A stretch of DNA of 64,000 nucleotides from Octopus sinensis (taxonomy: Eukaryota), in assembly GCF_006345805.1 (NCBI RefSeq), contig NC_043006.1:77500001-77564000 (forward strand), written 5' to 3'. Under the pieces are notes generated by a model. That model searched no databases, was not told where the DNA came from, and saw only the letters and a program-made list of their open reading frames with translations. The position numbers and the translations under genes are program-made. This document shows positions 11,846 through 25,485 of this stretch, piece by piece (within the stretch, counting starts at the first letter, position 1; the number at the start of each line of letters is the position of its first letter).

Positions 11846-13923
11846 TGTTTAAACTAACAAATGTAATATAAAAGTCCATGACAATTGCTACTGTCTAAAC
11901 CTTACTGTGTCTGTTATTCTTACACACACGTCAGCTCTAGACAATTACTACTAAAACACGGTACTACACCCGTGAACGATCAGGAATGTCTCACGGATTT
12001 GTTTCTCTAGTTATGCGCATAACATTATTTGATGTATCTCTCTTTGCACAGCAGACTAGAATTATACGACGATCAGCGTTGCATTCCAGGTATCATGTGT
12101 TTTCTTCCATTGCTCAGTGTAGGTTTTGAGATCCATAAACGTTATATACAATTTAAACAAATAACAAGTGTTATGTCTTTATAGATATTAGTAGATGACT
12201 ATTTCATCCTCGTCCGCGAAGAATTGTTTTATAATCTAATCAGTTCCACTCATAAAAGTAAAGCTAAGTATTATAAATGATCGTATGAGAATATACATAA
12301 CATGGTCAGTGAAATCTGATTATAAAACGGATACAGCTGGAACCGTAGAATATTGCAACATTATTCAATAGAGACAAAAACCGAATGGGGATTTAACCAC
12401 AAAGGAAAATAGATTTCCAGAATAAAACAAGAGAAAATTTATCGGGCCAAGGGGAGAGTGTAAACATTGAACTTTCAAGTGATCACATCTAAAATGTATA
12501 TTCCAATATAAATTATTTCGAAACAATATTTACAAAAAGCTTGCAAAATTCTACTTGAAAAGAAAAAGAGAAGAATGCATCACTAATATCGAACGTATGT
12601 ATCCATGTTAAGCAATATGTACGTGTATGTATATACTTATGTGTGTACGTGTATATATAACAAAACACTCCACACGCACGCCTACACACATACCATACAC
12701 ACATAATATACACACGTATATATATATGTATATATGTGTATGAATATGTGTGTGTATATATATTATGATTAAAGCTGCAAAAATATTACAAAAGAAAGCT
12801 GTACTCAGAGTTCCTTTTTCCCGTTCGTCGCACAGTTCGGATTGAGAATCTCATTATTTAAACAGTTGCAAGAAAAAAACTGATTCTCAGAAAAAAAACT
12901 GTCCAACGAACGGGAACTTGAAACTCTGAGTAGCGTCTTTTTTTTGTGATTTTTGTGATGTTCTTGTAGCTTTAATAAATCATATTACTCCGGTATTCGT
13001 ATACCATTTCCCCACTTTGTTTCACATATACATGCATACCCTGATATATATATATGTATGTATCCATGCCTGATATAAATATACACATATAAAAATGTAT
13101 ACAAATAACTACCCGAATTGTTTACCGCCATTCATCAAACCTGCATTTGATCAAAGAAATTTCGATCGAGAATACGACATTTATACAAATGCCATCAAGT
13201 ATAACAGTAATTAGAACGGTGTTCGTTATAATGTATCAACAAAAAATCATTTATATGCTATTATCGTAAATATATGTTCATAATTTAAGAGAGATCATTC
13301 GATATAATGAATTCCCGATTTAAATTTTGCATTTCAGAAACAATAAATATGCAAGAATATTATATGGCACCAAATAATATCAAACTAATCTTATTTTAAT
13401 CAAATTTATTCAGAAGTTCTTAAATTTTTCAATACTCTTCGACGTAAAACCACTAGAGGGTACGATAAAAGATAACAACTGTATACGCTTTGGTACGCAA
13501 TATCTGCTCTCTGAATGGCTAATATATGTCTTCTCCGCTGCGATCTCTACAATTTCAGCAAACGATTTCAGATCAAAACACGTGATGTGTAGGGATTTTT
13601 GCCTTACACTTATACATTGTTAATTACTTAAATACTGCACACACATTTCATGAACAGAAAACCACTTATTTATTTTCCAAACATAAACTGGTGAACATGT
13701 TTACAGAGAGAGTTTAAAGGTGTACACCTTGAAAAAAACACTCTTTCACTTTTTTCAGCTAGTATCTACCACTTGGAAAATAATTGATAGTGATGCAATA
13801 AACACCAAACTGTCCCTTACCCCAACCAAACATTAGTACGTGTGCCGGATTGAGCTTATCTTCCTACTTTTATGTATAATTAAAATCACACCTAGGTACA
13901 GTCCCTGAAAGTATCTCATTGCT

Positions 13924-13974
<51 letters not shown>

Positions 13975-13979
<5 letters not shown>

Positions 13980-14189
13980 TAATCCAAGCATGAAAACACA
14001 AAGACAAAACACAACGCGAGGACGTGGAACAAGTATAGTATTATTGGACGCTCAGAAAAGAAGGAAAGAAGGAGGGTTTAACGTTTCGAGCGCAGCTCTT
14101 CGTCAGAATCATAGCAAAAGGAAAGATCCAAAGAACGGAAAACGGAGGAAAAAAAGTTGCCAACGGTACACACGCGGTCACATTTTGAA

Positions 14190-14194
<5 letters not shown>
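13975..14194 (-). mobile_element. About 220-bp non-coding element between two (TA)n tracts, carrying a minimal hammerhead at 14075-14110 (solo pLTR or retrozyme-like)
   Basis: Minus strand CTGACGA-a-gagc/tgc/gctc-GAAAC-GTT-aaacc, with a palindromic ACGT stem III and an imperfect stem I. (TA)n on both sides. Confidence 0.7.
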
Positions 14195-14234
<40 letters not shown>

Positions 14235-14515
14235 GTATATATGCATGTATGTGTATTTGTATTTATGCATGTGTGTAAAAACAAGTATCCATATGGTTTG
14301 AGTGCGTTTGTAGGTATATATTATATATTTGTATGTGAACATAAGTGCATATATATTTACGTGTACGAGCATGTACATGTATATGTGTTGTGTATATATA
14401 CATATATATATATATATAATATAATATGATATAATATAATATAATATAATATAATATAATATAAAATAATATAATATAATATAATATAAATAACATAAAA
14501 ATATATGCATATATA

Positions 14516-14870
14516 AAGTTGAACACAATGAGAAACGAAAGCATAAAGCAAAAACAAAGAAAATCTTTTTGTCGAACAACGAAAAAACAAAGAAACGAGG
14601 CATACGACATAAAGAACATTCCTCTTCTTTAGTCGTCCCTGTTTCATCTACTCCACGGTCCGAAGGCAAGTATAAGACGCGACTTCGTTGAAAGTGTCCT
14701 TCCCGCAAAGCAAATTCAAGAAAATTTGGAATTTTTGGCGGAGGATGAAATTGGTAACAAGAACAGGACAGTGAGAACAAACCAAAAAAACACAAAAGGT
14801 GAGAGCTGTTAAGCCGAGACGATACAAAAAATATTCTGAACGCGAGGAAGGTCAGCTTATAAGGAGGACA

Positions 14871-14873
<3 letters not shown>
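14516..14873. mobile_element. Unclassified interspersed-repeat-like segment between AT-rich microsatellites
   Basis: GC-richer island bounded by (ATATA)n and (TA)n. Its left end ATAAAGTT matches the left end of the 13975 element. No HHR core could be completed. Confidence 0.35.
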
Positions 14874-14924
<51 letters not shown>

Positions 14925-14949
14925 TATATATACATACATACTACATACA

Positions 14950-14982
<33 letters not shown>

Positions 14983-15203
14983 CTCCACACTTACACATTT
15001 ATATAATGTATACATACATATGACAGGCTCTCTTGTACATATGCATCTATAAATAGAAATGCGAAATGAAGCTTCTGTTGATTTTCTCATATTTTAATAC
15101 ACACCAACTTCTAGTTTATCTTTTTATGATTAGAGCAAGTACATAACGCTGCAGACAGTTTTACTTCCATTCGTATATATATATGTATATATATATACAT
15201 ATG

Positions 15204-15267
<64 letters not shown>

Positions 15268-15312
15268 CATATATATGCACGTGTCTGCCTGTCTTTCACT
15301 CTCTGTATATAT

Positions 15313-15371
<59 letters not shown>

Positions 15372-15489
15372 ATAGAAGGGAGAGAAAGAAGATGAGACAG
15401 AGAAATAAACATATAGACAGACAGTAGATATTATTATTATTATTATTATTATTTATTATTATTATTATTATTTATTATTATTATTATTA

Positions 15490-15524
<35 letters not shown>

Positions 15525-16166
15525 TATTATTATTATCATTATTATTATTATTATTTACATTTATATATGTATGTTTGTATAATAGATACACTTACATATG
15601 ATTTTGCATGTACTTTGGTAGCAGATATATGTTTGTATGAATAAACACATACACACAAACACACAAACACACGTACACGTATTATAGTTTATATGTGTAC
15701 ACATTACTTCATATATCTGTATTTTATCTACCTATTTACCGATATGTATGAGTGTGGGCGTTTGGAAAAAGTATGTGCCTGTGATTCTGTGTGTGTCTGT
15801 GTGTCCCTCTGTCTTCGTGTGTCTATGCACATATTTACAAGGAAAATGCACCCCGAAAACGTGTCCTTGCAGATTAAATTAGATATATGTACAAGTGAGC
15901 AACTACCGAGCTTGTAAAACTTTGATAAGAGCGAAAGATGATAATATGATTAAACGTTTGTTGGATTAAAGGGAATAAATATTCGAAATCGAATTTATTT
16001 CCTAAAAGCACATTACCTGTAGTCAAGATGTCACCTTACTTGCTAGTCAAACAGACACTGATCGAATAAAACTGTTCAGTATTGTAAGACATCAGATACT
16101 AAGCTTGTGAGGAAGAGAGAAGGTACAAGAAAAAATATAAAAAGTAACAGGAATGAAGATATGAAT

Positions 16167-16206
<40 letters not shown>

Positions 16207-16923
16207 GTATAGATACACACACATATGTATAGATACATACACACAAACACACACATACTCATATATGCCTTGGTAGATTAAGTTATTGCTACAAGTATAT
16301 TTACATGTATACACACATACACATACATATATATCCATATATGTATACGCATTCATACATAGCTGGTAAACGCATATATATATATATATGTGTGTGTGTA
16401 TATGTATGTATGTATATATATATCAACAAATATGCGTGTATATACAAGCAAGTATTAGTCTGTTCTTGTGTTGTGTGAATATTTCATTCTGTGTAAATAT
16501 TCATACGTTGTTGTCACCGAATATTTCTTTTATGTTGTGTGCATTTATTCTCTCAGAAATAATTTCTTCTGTCTGGCTAAATCCTTACTTTTAATTCATA
16601 TGAAGAATTTGTCGTTGGCAGGTTATTTAAGTAAAAGTTATTTGCTACGAGAGAAATTCATTTCGAAAGTGAAAGTAATCAAGTGCTTTGAAGCTGAAAT
16701 TTTGAATACAAAATCTTCTGATTACGATTTGAGTTTGTAATTAGCATCCACATCGCTGGGATTTCGATTCTTAAGTGCAGCCCTAGGACCTATTTATTGT
16801 TACATGCTAGGAACACACGGGTCGAGACACTATGAAGCTAATTTACTGGAACAAATGTGTGAAAATATAGTCGTTGTTTTTCACACACACACATATATAT
16901 ATATATATGTATGTATATAATAT

Positions 16924-16990
<67 letters not shown>

Positions 16991-16998
16991 ATATATAT

Positions 16999-17419
16999 AC
17001 ATTATAATTTATGCGTCTCGAAACAAACCGATAGAAATCTCTAAAAAAGTCGTTATTACCGTATTGGTCCAATTTCGGGGTTAATTCATAAGAAATTTCC
17101 CCTGTTCAGCGGCAAATACGCGAGATATAAATGAAATACTTACTCATACCCACGGAAAAAGCAAGCACTAAGTCCTGAGCAGACTTAAGTACCCCAAATA
17201 TATCCAAAATAGAAAAATCTTCAGCGCACCTCGAGGCACGTGTGATTCGAACTAGAAACATTCACAGAGTGATAGAATCCGGAAGTGAACACTAATCTAT
17301 TTATAATTAATATAGGATAAAATTTTTTTCGGGAAAAAAAATTTATCAATGGCCAGCCTATCGAAAATGATTTTTAGAAATTTCTATCGGTTTGTTTCCA
17401 GACGCATAAATTATAATGT
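16999..17419. mobile_element. Fold-back or MITE-like element with about 49-bp imperfect terminal inverted repeats
   Basis: ACATTATAATTTATGCGTCTCGAAACAAACCGATAGAAATCTCTAAAAA (16999-17047) matches the reverse complement of 17371-17419 with 2 mismatches. Confidence 0.7.
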
Positions 17420-17488
17420 TTATCGACAAAAATTTTTTTTCTTTCGGCATATTTGGCATTAGAATTTTTCTTCTGCCCTTATCTTGTA

Positions 17489-17559
17489 AATTAAGTATAA
17501 ATTTTACCTTTAAAGGGATTTTTAAAAAATCCCTTTAAAGGTAAAATTTATACTTAATT
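17489..17559. repeat. Perfect palindrome with 35-bp arms and a 1-nt centre
   Basis: AATTAAGTATAAATTTTACCTTTAAAGGGATTTTT-A-AAAAATCCCTTTAAAGGTAAAATTTATACTTAATT. Confidence 0.9.
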
Positions 17560-17730
17560 CCAAGATATATATATATTGTGTGTCTCTGTGTGTGTGTGAG
17601 AATGACTACGTATGTATAAATATATATATATATATACATATACATACACGTATATATATTTAACATGTATGCATATATATGTATGTGTGTATCTATCTAT
17701 CTCTCTCTCTCTCCTCCTCTCTCTATCTCT

Positions 17731-17767
<37 letters not shown>

Positions 17768-17814
17768 TATATCCAGAGAGAGAAAGAGAGAGAGAGAAGA
17801 GTGACTGGTGAGGT

Positions 17815-18190
17815 ACTATACAACCAATGTACAGGGTCCTACCAAAAAGGTGAAGGTTGGCCATGGGTATGGTAATGGATTTAGTGTAAAATTAGGAGTT
17901 CAGTCTTCAGCCCACCTCTTGTTCATCATACTCCTCCAGGCAATACCAGGAATTTCAGTCGGGCTGCTCCGGGGAACTCTTCAATGCTGATGCTCTTGTT
18001 TTCATACCAGAACTAGAGAATAAATTTGATGAGTGGAAGCAAGGTCTCTAATTAAAGGGACTTAGAGTTAAGGTAACGAAAACCAAAGTCTCAGTAAGTA
18101 GAAAAGATGACAAATTACGAAACCCTTCAGTTAGATGGCCCTGCTTCCTATGGAGAAAAGGTAGAAATTCCATAAGGTGGCATAAGAAGC
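17815..18190 (+). mobile_element. RTE-type LINE reverse transcriptase fragment, decayed
   Basis: VKVGHGYGNGFSVKLGV..HLLFIILLQAI...GELFNADALVF (YADD equivalent)...KFDEWKQGL*LKGLRVKVTKTKV. Confidence 0.8.
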
Positions 18191-18272
18191 ATCATATATT
18201 GTGTGCAATACTATGCGAAATTAAATATATGAAATTGCGATAATTTACCCATCGCACCGTGTAGATGTATGT

Positions 18273-18340
<68 letters not shown>

Positions 18341-19239
18341 TTATGTATATATATGTATGTATGTATACATACATGCACACACGCATACACATACATATAT
18401 GCCTACGTACATAGATACACATAATCATATATACCTACACGTACTCTTGCTGATATACACAAAGACATACTAATTTTCTGTACATAATGAACTGTCCCGC
18501 GTTTAGTCGTAGCTGCAACAAATCAGTTCAATTGATCAAGAGAAACCAACATTCTATTGTCTTCCATCTTTTTCTTTCTTAAAAAAGAAAATCATCTATA
18601 ATTGCTCTAATTGTGTTGAAGATGTCAATGAATGTGGTCAGATCCGGATGAGGTTCATTGAAAAGTAGTGACCATATATTTTCATTTTCTTCATACCACA
18701 CCAAGAGAATGAATGCAGCTTGTATGGGATTATATCACAAATCAGTTGCATGAGCCCAACTGAGTCTACGTAGTGCCCAGATATTTGTCAAGCTTTCCCC
18801 GCACTGGAGCATAATAGAGAGTGACACCTACAGGTTTATATTTCTTACTTTATCAATTATTAAACAGATTTTCGTGCGTGATCACAGAATCATGGATAAG
18901 TCACAAGACATAACCACGTGAAATTACTAGCTCTGATTAGGATTAAGCTTAAGTGAGAAAAGAGACTCCAACAACTTACATTGTCGACTAAATTAATATC
19001 AGATAAAATTATAATTGGAGTCGAAGGGATTCAAAGTTAGAGGAAGTACTGTCTGTAAAGCATTTCTCTCCTAGTTTACGTTTGAAATGGCTGTTTCGTT
19101 GTAAGAATAAAAATTGTTTCTGTAGAAGAATCTTCATATTTTAAAAGGGAGTGTTTTTATAAGACATGTTTCGATTAAATATATTAAAATACATGCAGTT
19201 GAAAAGTTTTTTCGTCCTTCACTATCCGGTAGTAGTTGA

Positions 19240-19940
19240 AAATGTGTTACATTCTTCAAAGTTTTAAATTTTCTTGTCAGATTTGCCTAGTTCTGGGTCT
19301 CGTTCATTTACACTATGTAGCATAGATCATATTGCTAAAAGTTTGTCTTGTAAAAACTTGTGCAAATCCAGGTATAAGAGTCAAGACATTTTCCTTATCT
19401 CGCCAATATATTTGATATTGGTCCCTGTCATTAAGCATTTCCATCGCTACTTGAACTCCAAAAACGTTTTTTTATCTCTTATATTGTCAAGGTCCGAGAA
19501 CTAAAGGAACTTGCATTTAGGTTTTTGCTTCTCTGATGTGTTCTGCCTGCCTATTAGTTTCATCGACAAAGAGCTGCCACAAATCATCATCTCAGATTAA
19601 ATTGAAAAAGTCAGTAAGGCTGCTCTCATTATTGATTGAATATTTTGAGGGTCAGGAGTTTATTTAGGATTGATTTGCTTTTCAGTGTACCCTCTAGTGT
19701 CAGATAGTAGCTGAGAAATCCGTTGCACAACTTGACCACGTCCTGTACCGCGACCATGGCCACCACCTGGGCGTGTTTGCCAGTAGAGTCACTATCATTT
19801 TCATTTTCACCTTCGTTTGCACTCATGTTATTATTATTTGTTGACAACATCATCTTCACCCCCTTCGCTTTTAAAATCATTATTATTTTCATAATCATAC
19901 TCTTCATTCTCATCAGAAACCGACGTTATCATTCGTAATG
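19240..19940 (-). mobile_element. piggyBac-like transposase fragment, decayed
   Basis: Acidic N-terminal stretch (SDENEEYDYE), then TDFFNLI*DDDLWQLFVDETNRQAEHI and VAMEML...IYW...TLIPGFAQVFTRQTF, which resemble piggyBac N-terminal conserved blocks. Confidence 0.7.
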
Positions 19941-20126
19941 ACTGTTCGGTTGTCACTTTCTTACGACTCATTTTTATAGCAAAAAGACACTAAAAAATCT
20001 GCAATTTCTAAGATTAGAAATTTATCAAAGCTTCCTATCGGAAGCTCGACCGTGAATAGAAGCCTACACTGCGATGTAAAGTGGCCTTTTATTGGTTAAA
20101 TTGTTAACGGCCTTATAGGTATATAC

Positions 20127-20423
20127 AATGAAAAATGATGTTAAACAATAAACAGCTGCAGTATTTGAAACAAATTCATCTGACGATAAAAAGTTACTGT
20201 GGAGTTTCTAAATCTTAATGTCATATTCTAACCTTTTGAACCCGTCAGGACGGTTTTCCGGCCTGAGTATATATACTACACATTCAGGCCGGAAAACCGT
20301 CCTGACGGGTTCAAAAGGTTAAAATATGATATTAAGGTTTCGAAAATCCGCAGTAACTTTTCACCGTCAGATGAATTCGTTTCAACTACAGCAGCTGCTT
20401 TAGGTTTAACATCATTTTTCATT
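20127..20423. repeat. About 300-bp fold-back (inverted repeat with a 13-17-nt spacer)
   Basis: The inner 37 bp are perfect (AACCTTTTGAACCCGTCAGGACGGTTTTCCGGCCTGA versus 20284-20320). The outer arms are diverged but alignable to AATGAAAAATGATGTTAAAC. Confidence 0.9.
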
Positions 20424-21181
20424 CTCTGAACGACCTAGCAGTGTCCATTCGAGCTGTAGTGATTTCCATTAATCTATGTTACTAAAAACTAATGAAATTT
20501 ATTTTTGCTTCAATTAAATTCTTGTAATTTGTGCAAGTGCACAAAGCTCTATTATAATGCTATACACCTCATTCAGTTGCAATGTAAATGTGTAGTTCCA
20601 GAATAGTGATTGTACTATGAATTCTAAGATTATTCTATTCATTAGTGAACTGTACGCCAGATGAATGAATAAAATCACTGATAACTCTCGTAATTATCTC
20701 CTTCAGCTTAAGAAAACATTTCCGCTAATCTCACCAAGAGTTGTTATCAGATATTTCAGATACATTCCTCAAAAAATCATGAATTACGTTGGTGACAAAT
20801 ACCAAGAGTCTATCCGATATTTGTTTTATCAGCATATCTGTGTCGCATGAGTATTCTATGGTAACGGCTCTAAATTAATTCTAAGTTCATATAGAAAACT
20901 ATTATATCAATTATTATCAAATATGACACATTTTTTTTTTTAAATGAAGAAATGTCTTTTAAAATGAGTTGACTAGGAATTCTATAAATGTTTAGAGAAG
21001 CTGTTAGCAAAAATAAAGTTTGTATTCATATATTCGATGAATGAATAGGAATGAAATCGGTTCATAAACTAAATAGCGTTCGTCAGGAAGATTCAAATGA
21101 CTCTGCATACGACATATTTGATTAAATGAATATACTATTTTTTCTTTTCATGGAGCACTTGATTTTCAATTACTCATAGAA

Positions 21182-21595
21182 AGGCGGCGAGCTGGCAGAA
21201 AAGTTAGCACGCCAGGCAAAGGCTTAGCGATATTTCATCTGTCTTTACGTTCTGAGTTCAAACTCCGCCGAGGTCGACTTTGCCTTTCATCCTTTCGGGA
21301 GCAATACATTTAGCACCAGCTGCGTACTGGGGTCGATCTAATCGATCTAATCGACTGGCTCCCTCCCACAAAATTTCGGGCCTTGTTCCTAGAGAAGGAA
21401 ACAATCTCTAGCATGGTGGCAAAATACTTAGCAGCATTTCGACCGTATTAATGTTCTGAGTTCTCATACCGCCATTGTCGACATTGACTTTCACCTTTTA
21501 GGAGTAGATAAAGTAAGTACCAGTTGTATACTGGGGGTTAATGCGATCGACTTACCTCCTCCCCGAAATTGCTGGTCTTGTGCTAAAATTTCAAA
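21182..21595 (+). mobile_element. Two tandem tRNA-derived SINEs, family B (21182-21395 and about 21415-21595)
   Basis: GGCGGCGAGCTGGCAGAA head, GAGTTCAAACTCC B-box, GTCGACTTTGCCTTTCATCCTTTCGGG core. The second copy is 5'-eroded. Confidence 0.8.
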
Positions 21596-22105
21596 TCAAC
21601 AAGTGCGCATAGAAAATTTACAAGTGTGGATCAATGAAATATGTGAATAATTAATTATCCGAGAATGAAGCTGAAAATGCATACTTAAATTACATTTTTG
21701 TAGAGATGGTTATAGCTTTATATAGTAGGCATACGTAAACTCAATTGTCGGTAGCATAATAACTTTCAGTAATAAAAATATTAGTTCTCATTGAGTTATT
21801 ACATATTATTTCCTACATTATCTCCTTCACATGAAAATCAATATAAATATAGGGACCTAGTTAGGTAGTCCAAAGTGTAAAGTAAATTATCGCATGTAGA
21901 AAATAATTACTCTTGTTATATTTTTTAATTTACACTGCGTTCGGATTGACGAAGAAACTTCTTCCTGTATGAAATTAGTGTGAACAGCTTGTGTGATAAG
22001 ATTAAATTGACTTGGAATGTTGCATGTTCCATTCTCCCTCCACTTGCATTACCCTATCGATATACACATTTGTGCATGTGTGTGTACATGAAGGCATGCA
22101 AGTAC

Positions 22106-22136
<31 letters not shown>

Positions 22137-22183
22137 TATATTAATATATATATATAATATATATATTAATATACATATATATA

Positions 22184-22340
22184 TTGAGTAGTTGAATGAA
22201 TTATCTTATTAAGGATAATTCGAAAGATAACCGATACCTGGTAGCAAATTCACATCGGAATTAAGAATATGCAGCCTTCAAAACATATGTCGAAATAAAG
22301 GAAATTTGTTAACAAGTCGTTCAACTCTCATTCTCATCAT
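22184..22340 (+). mobile_element. About 155-bp internally deleted derivative of the 33509-35206 element, flanked by (TA)n
   Basis: 22184-22256 matches the reverse complement of about 35132-35205, and 22257-22330 matches the reverse complement of about 33520-33598 (3' half of the HHR plus tail). Confidence 0.85.
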
Positions 22341-22367
22341 ACATATATACATATAATATATGTTATA

Positions 22368-22432
<65 letters not shown>

Positions 22433-22698
22433 ATAATATATATATATCAAAAGGTTGAGTTACAATACCATTCCACATATACAAAAGCAGCCATACCAAC
22501 AATCCAACTTACCTCCGTCAGCAGCTGCTCCACGGATGTCATTATGGTTTCGACACCTGGGCTTACGATTCAATCCGGACGATAGTGTCAACAGCATATA
22601 TATATATATAATATAATTAGAGACAAAACCACTATTTTGCAAAACAACAGGAAGACTTAATCAATACATACAAATTTGTAACATAAAGAAATAAAACT

Positions 22699-22741
22699 GC
22701 ACTACAGTCGTTTCATGTCTTCAATGACATTCGTCAGGTGG
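22699..22741 (-). ncRNA. Type I minimal hammerhead ribozyme (left arm)
   Basis: ccac-CTGACGA-atgtc/attgaa/gacat-GAAAC-gact-GTA-gtgc. Stem I is 3 bp. Confidence 0.8.
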
Positions 22742-22793
22742 GTTTTCGATCTCCTAATCTGTTTTAATTAAAACAGATTAGGAGATCGAAAAT

Positions 22794-22836
22794 CCACCTG
22801 ACGAATGTCATTGAAGACATGAAACGATTGTAGTGG
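22794..22836 (+). ncRNA. Type I minimal hammerhead ribozyme (right arm), complete core
   Basis: ccac-CTGACGA-atgtc/attgaa/gacat-GAAAC-gatt-GTA-gtgg. Predicted cleavage after 22832. Confidence 0.88.
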
Positions 22837-23018
22837 CGGTTTATTTCTTTATATTAAAAATTTTTACGTATTGATTAAGTCTTTCCTTGTTTGTTTTGCA
22901 AAATAGTGGTTTTGTCTCGAATTATATTATATAATATTTTACTATAAAATTGGTTTTAATCCTAAATCTGATTTTTCCCTGTAAATTTGGATTTATTCCC
23001 TAATATTTTTATTATATA

Positions 23019-23057
<39 letters not shown>

Positions 23058-23084
23058 AATATATATATATATAACATATATATC

Positions 23085-23745
23085 AGAGGAATGACCACTA
23101 GTGGACATCCAATATGCTAGATGTGGACCCCAATATCCTGACTACTAAGAAAAACTTATTCTCAAGAAAATTCAGCAAACATCATTGGCGCATTTTCCTC
23201 CTGAAAGATTGCGTTTCCTTCCGGAAACATTTACCCAACCTTATGATGAATTTGATCAGATAAAATGCTTAAATAGCCTTCACTATTAATACTGCCCAGA
23301 AGGGAAACCATTGGGCCGGCGGATTTCCAAGATTTATCCCCACCTCACATCATCACAAATCCTCCTCCATGTTTAACAGTCGGGGTTAAACGATACTTCT
23401 GGGTGTCTGTTTCTACGCGTATATTCGGCCGGTGGTCGGAAATAAGATAACGTATGACTCGTCCGAGAACATAACACTCTTCCACTGCTCTAGGGACCAG
23501 TTCTGTAGGATTTCGCTCCACTCTAAACGCATTGCAAAGTTTGTTTTTGAAAGTAATTTTTCTCTAATCGCAGCCCTCCCGCGAAAGCTGACTCTGTGCA
23601 GTTCCTGGCGGTCAGTTTCTGTAGAAACTGGGTTCCTGAGGTGGTCATTAAGCTCTCCAGTATTCTTGGGAGCTGTAATTTTGTGATCCTTTATAACAAT
23701 TCGCATAACAGCCCGACGGTCCCTATCTGAAAACTTTAGCAATAC
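23085..23745 (-). mobile_element. Tc1-like transposase fragment, decayed
   Basis: DRDRRAVMRIV...WSLEQWKSVMFSDES...PTVKHGGG...FQEENAP. Confidence 0.85.
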
Positions 23746-23867
23746 ATATTATGGAACACTAGTAATAAATAAAAAAAACATAAAATATAAACAAGCTGTT
23801 GTAGGTTTTATAGATATTTCAAAATTATGATGCTATAATGCTAGGTGTTTCTATTATTCTGTCCAAC

Positions 23868-23912
<45 letters not shown>

Positions 23913-24131
23913 GAGAGAAAAAATGGAGAATTATTGATGTATAAATAATTTATCATGCAAATAAATTATATGTATATCCATTTTCTTTTTCTTTCATATT
24001 AATAATATATATTACCATAATAAACCCTAACATCGTTGAGATTTCTCCTTGTATGATTATCCAGTGAAATTTTGAGATTACTTAATTCTTGTTAAGGGCT
24101 TGATATCCTCGGATTGACTATACATACATAT

Positions 24132-24625
<494 letters not shown>

Positions 24626-24673
24626 ACACACACGCACATGCACACAGGCACACACAAACATAAACACATACAT

Positions 24674-24712
<39 letters not shown>

Positions 24713-24734
24713 CACACACCACACACACACACAC

Positions 24735-24786
<52 letters not shown>

Positions 24787-24789
<3 letters not shown>

Positions 24790-24868
24790 GTTTTATGTTA
24801 TGAGTTTGCTACCCAGGAATCGGTTATCTTTCGAATTATCCGTAATAAGATAATTCATTTGTCTACTA
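24787..24868 (-). mobile_element. About 80-bp minimal derivative of the 33509-35206 element between (TA)n tracts
   Basis: TTTGCTACCCAGGAATCGGTTATCTTTCGAATTATCCGTAATAAGATAATTCATT matches 35140-35194 in the same orientation. The left end TAAGTTTTATG resembles the element 3' terminus TAAGTTTATG at about 33508. Confidence 0.7.
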
Positions 24869-24875
24869 TATATAT

Positions 24876-24944
<69 letters not shown>

Positions 24945-25247
24945 GAGAGAGAGTAAAGAACATGCTCATAACTTGATATTCCGTTACTTCAATTTTTACA
25001 TATGTTTCACTATTCGGCAATTCATGACGTTAGACTACAGATTCAACATCTCATATGTTTTGTAAGAAGCAAACACATCGTTAGACAATGGTACCCATCA
25101 TCGGATACAGACAACATGTGTCCAGAAGCAAAGGTGGGAGTTTAAGGGGATAGACATTAGAAACGAAGACTATGGTGTGTAATTGTGGCGACTTCTAGTA
25201 CATCTATATATATATATATATACATATATATATAGAGAAAGAGAGAA

Positions 25248-25357
<110 letters not shown>

Positions 25358-25485
25358 TGATTCGAAAAAGCCCACCATTTATATAGATGTATAAGGGTTG
25401 AACATTTCTATATACTACGTTGGATACGTTGGTTGTTCGTCTGGTATGTTGATTTTGTTCATTCATTATAAATCTGGAATTATGC

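Larger units (their letters stand above)
22611..22930. mobile_element. About 320-bp spacerless palindrome of two head-to-head hammerhead-bearing arms
   Basis: Centre GTTTTAA|TTAAAAC at 22767/22768. The arms align out to AATTAGAGACAAAACC and GGTTTTGTCTCGAATT. Confidence 0.9.

Noticed and set aside
19075-19180. Two minus-strand GAAAC motifs (GAAACAGCC, GAAACATGTC) resembling tandem hammerhead 3' halves
   Set aside because: There is no CUGANGA or UUGANAA core at a compatible position and no stem I.
22450-22600. GC-richer island between TA tracts with gacac/gtgtc-GAAAC on the minus strand
   Set aside because: No catalytic core and no NUH triplet; left unclassified.
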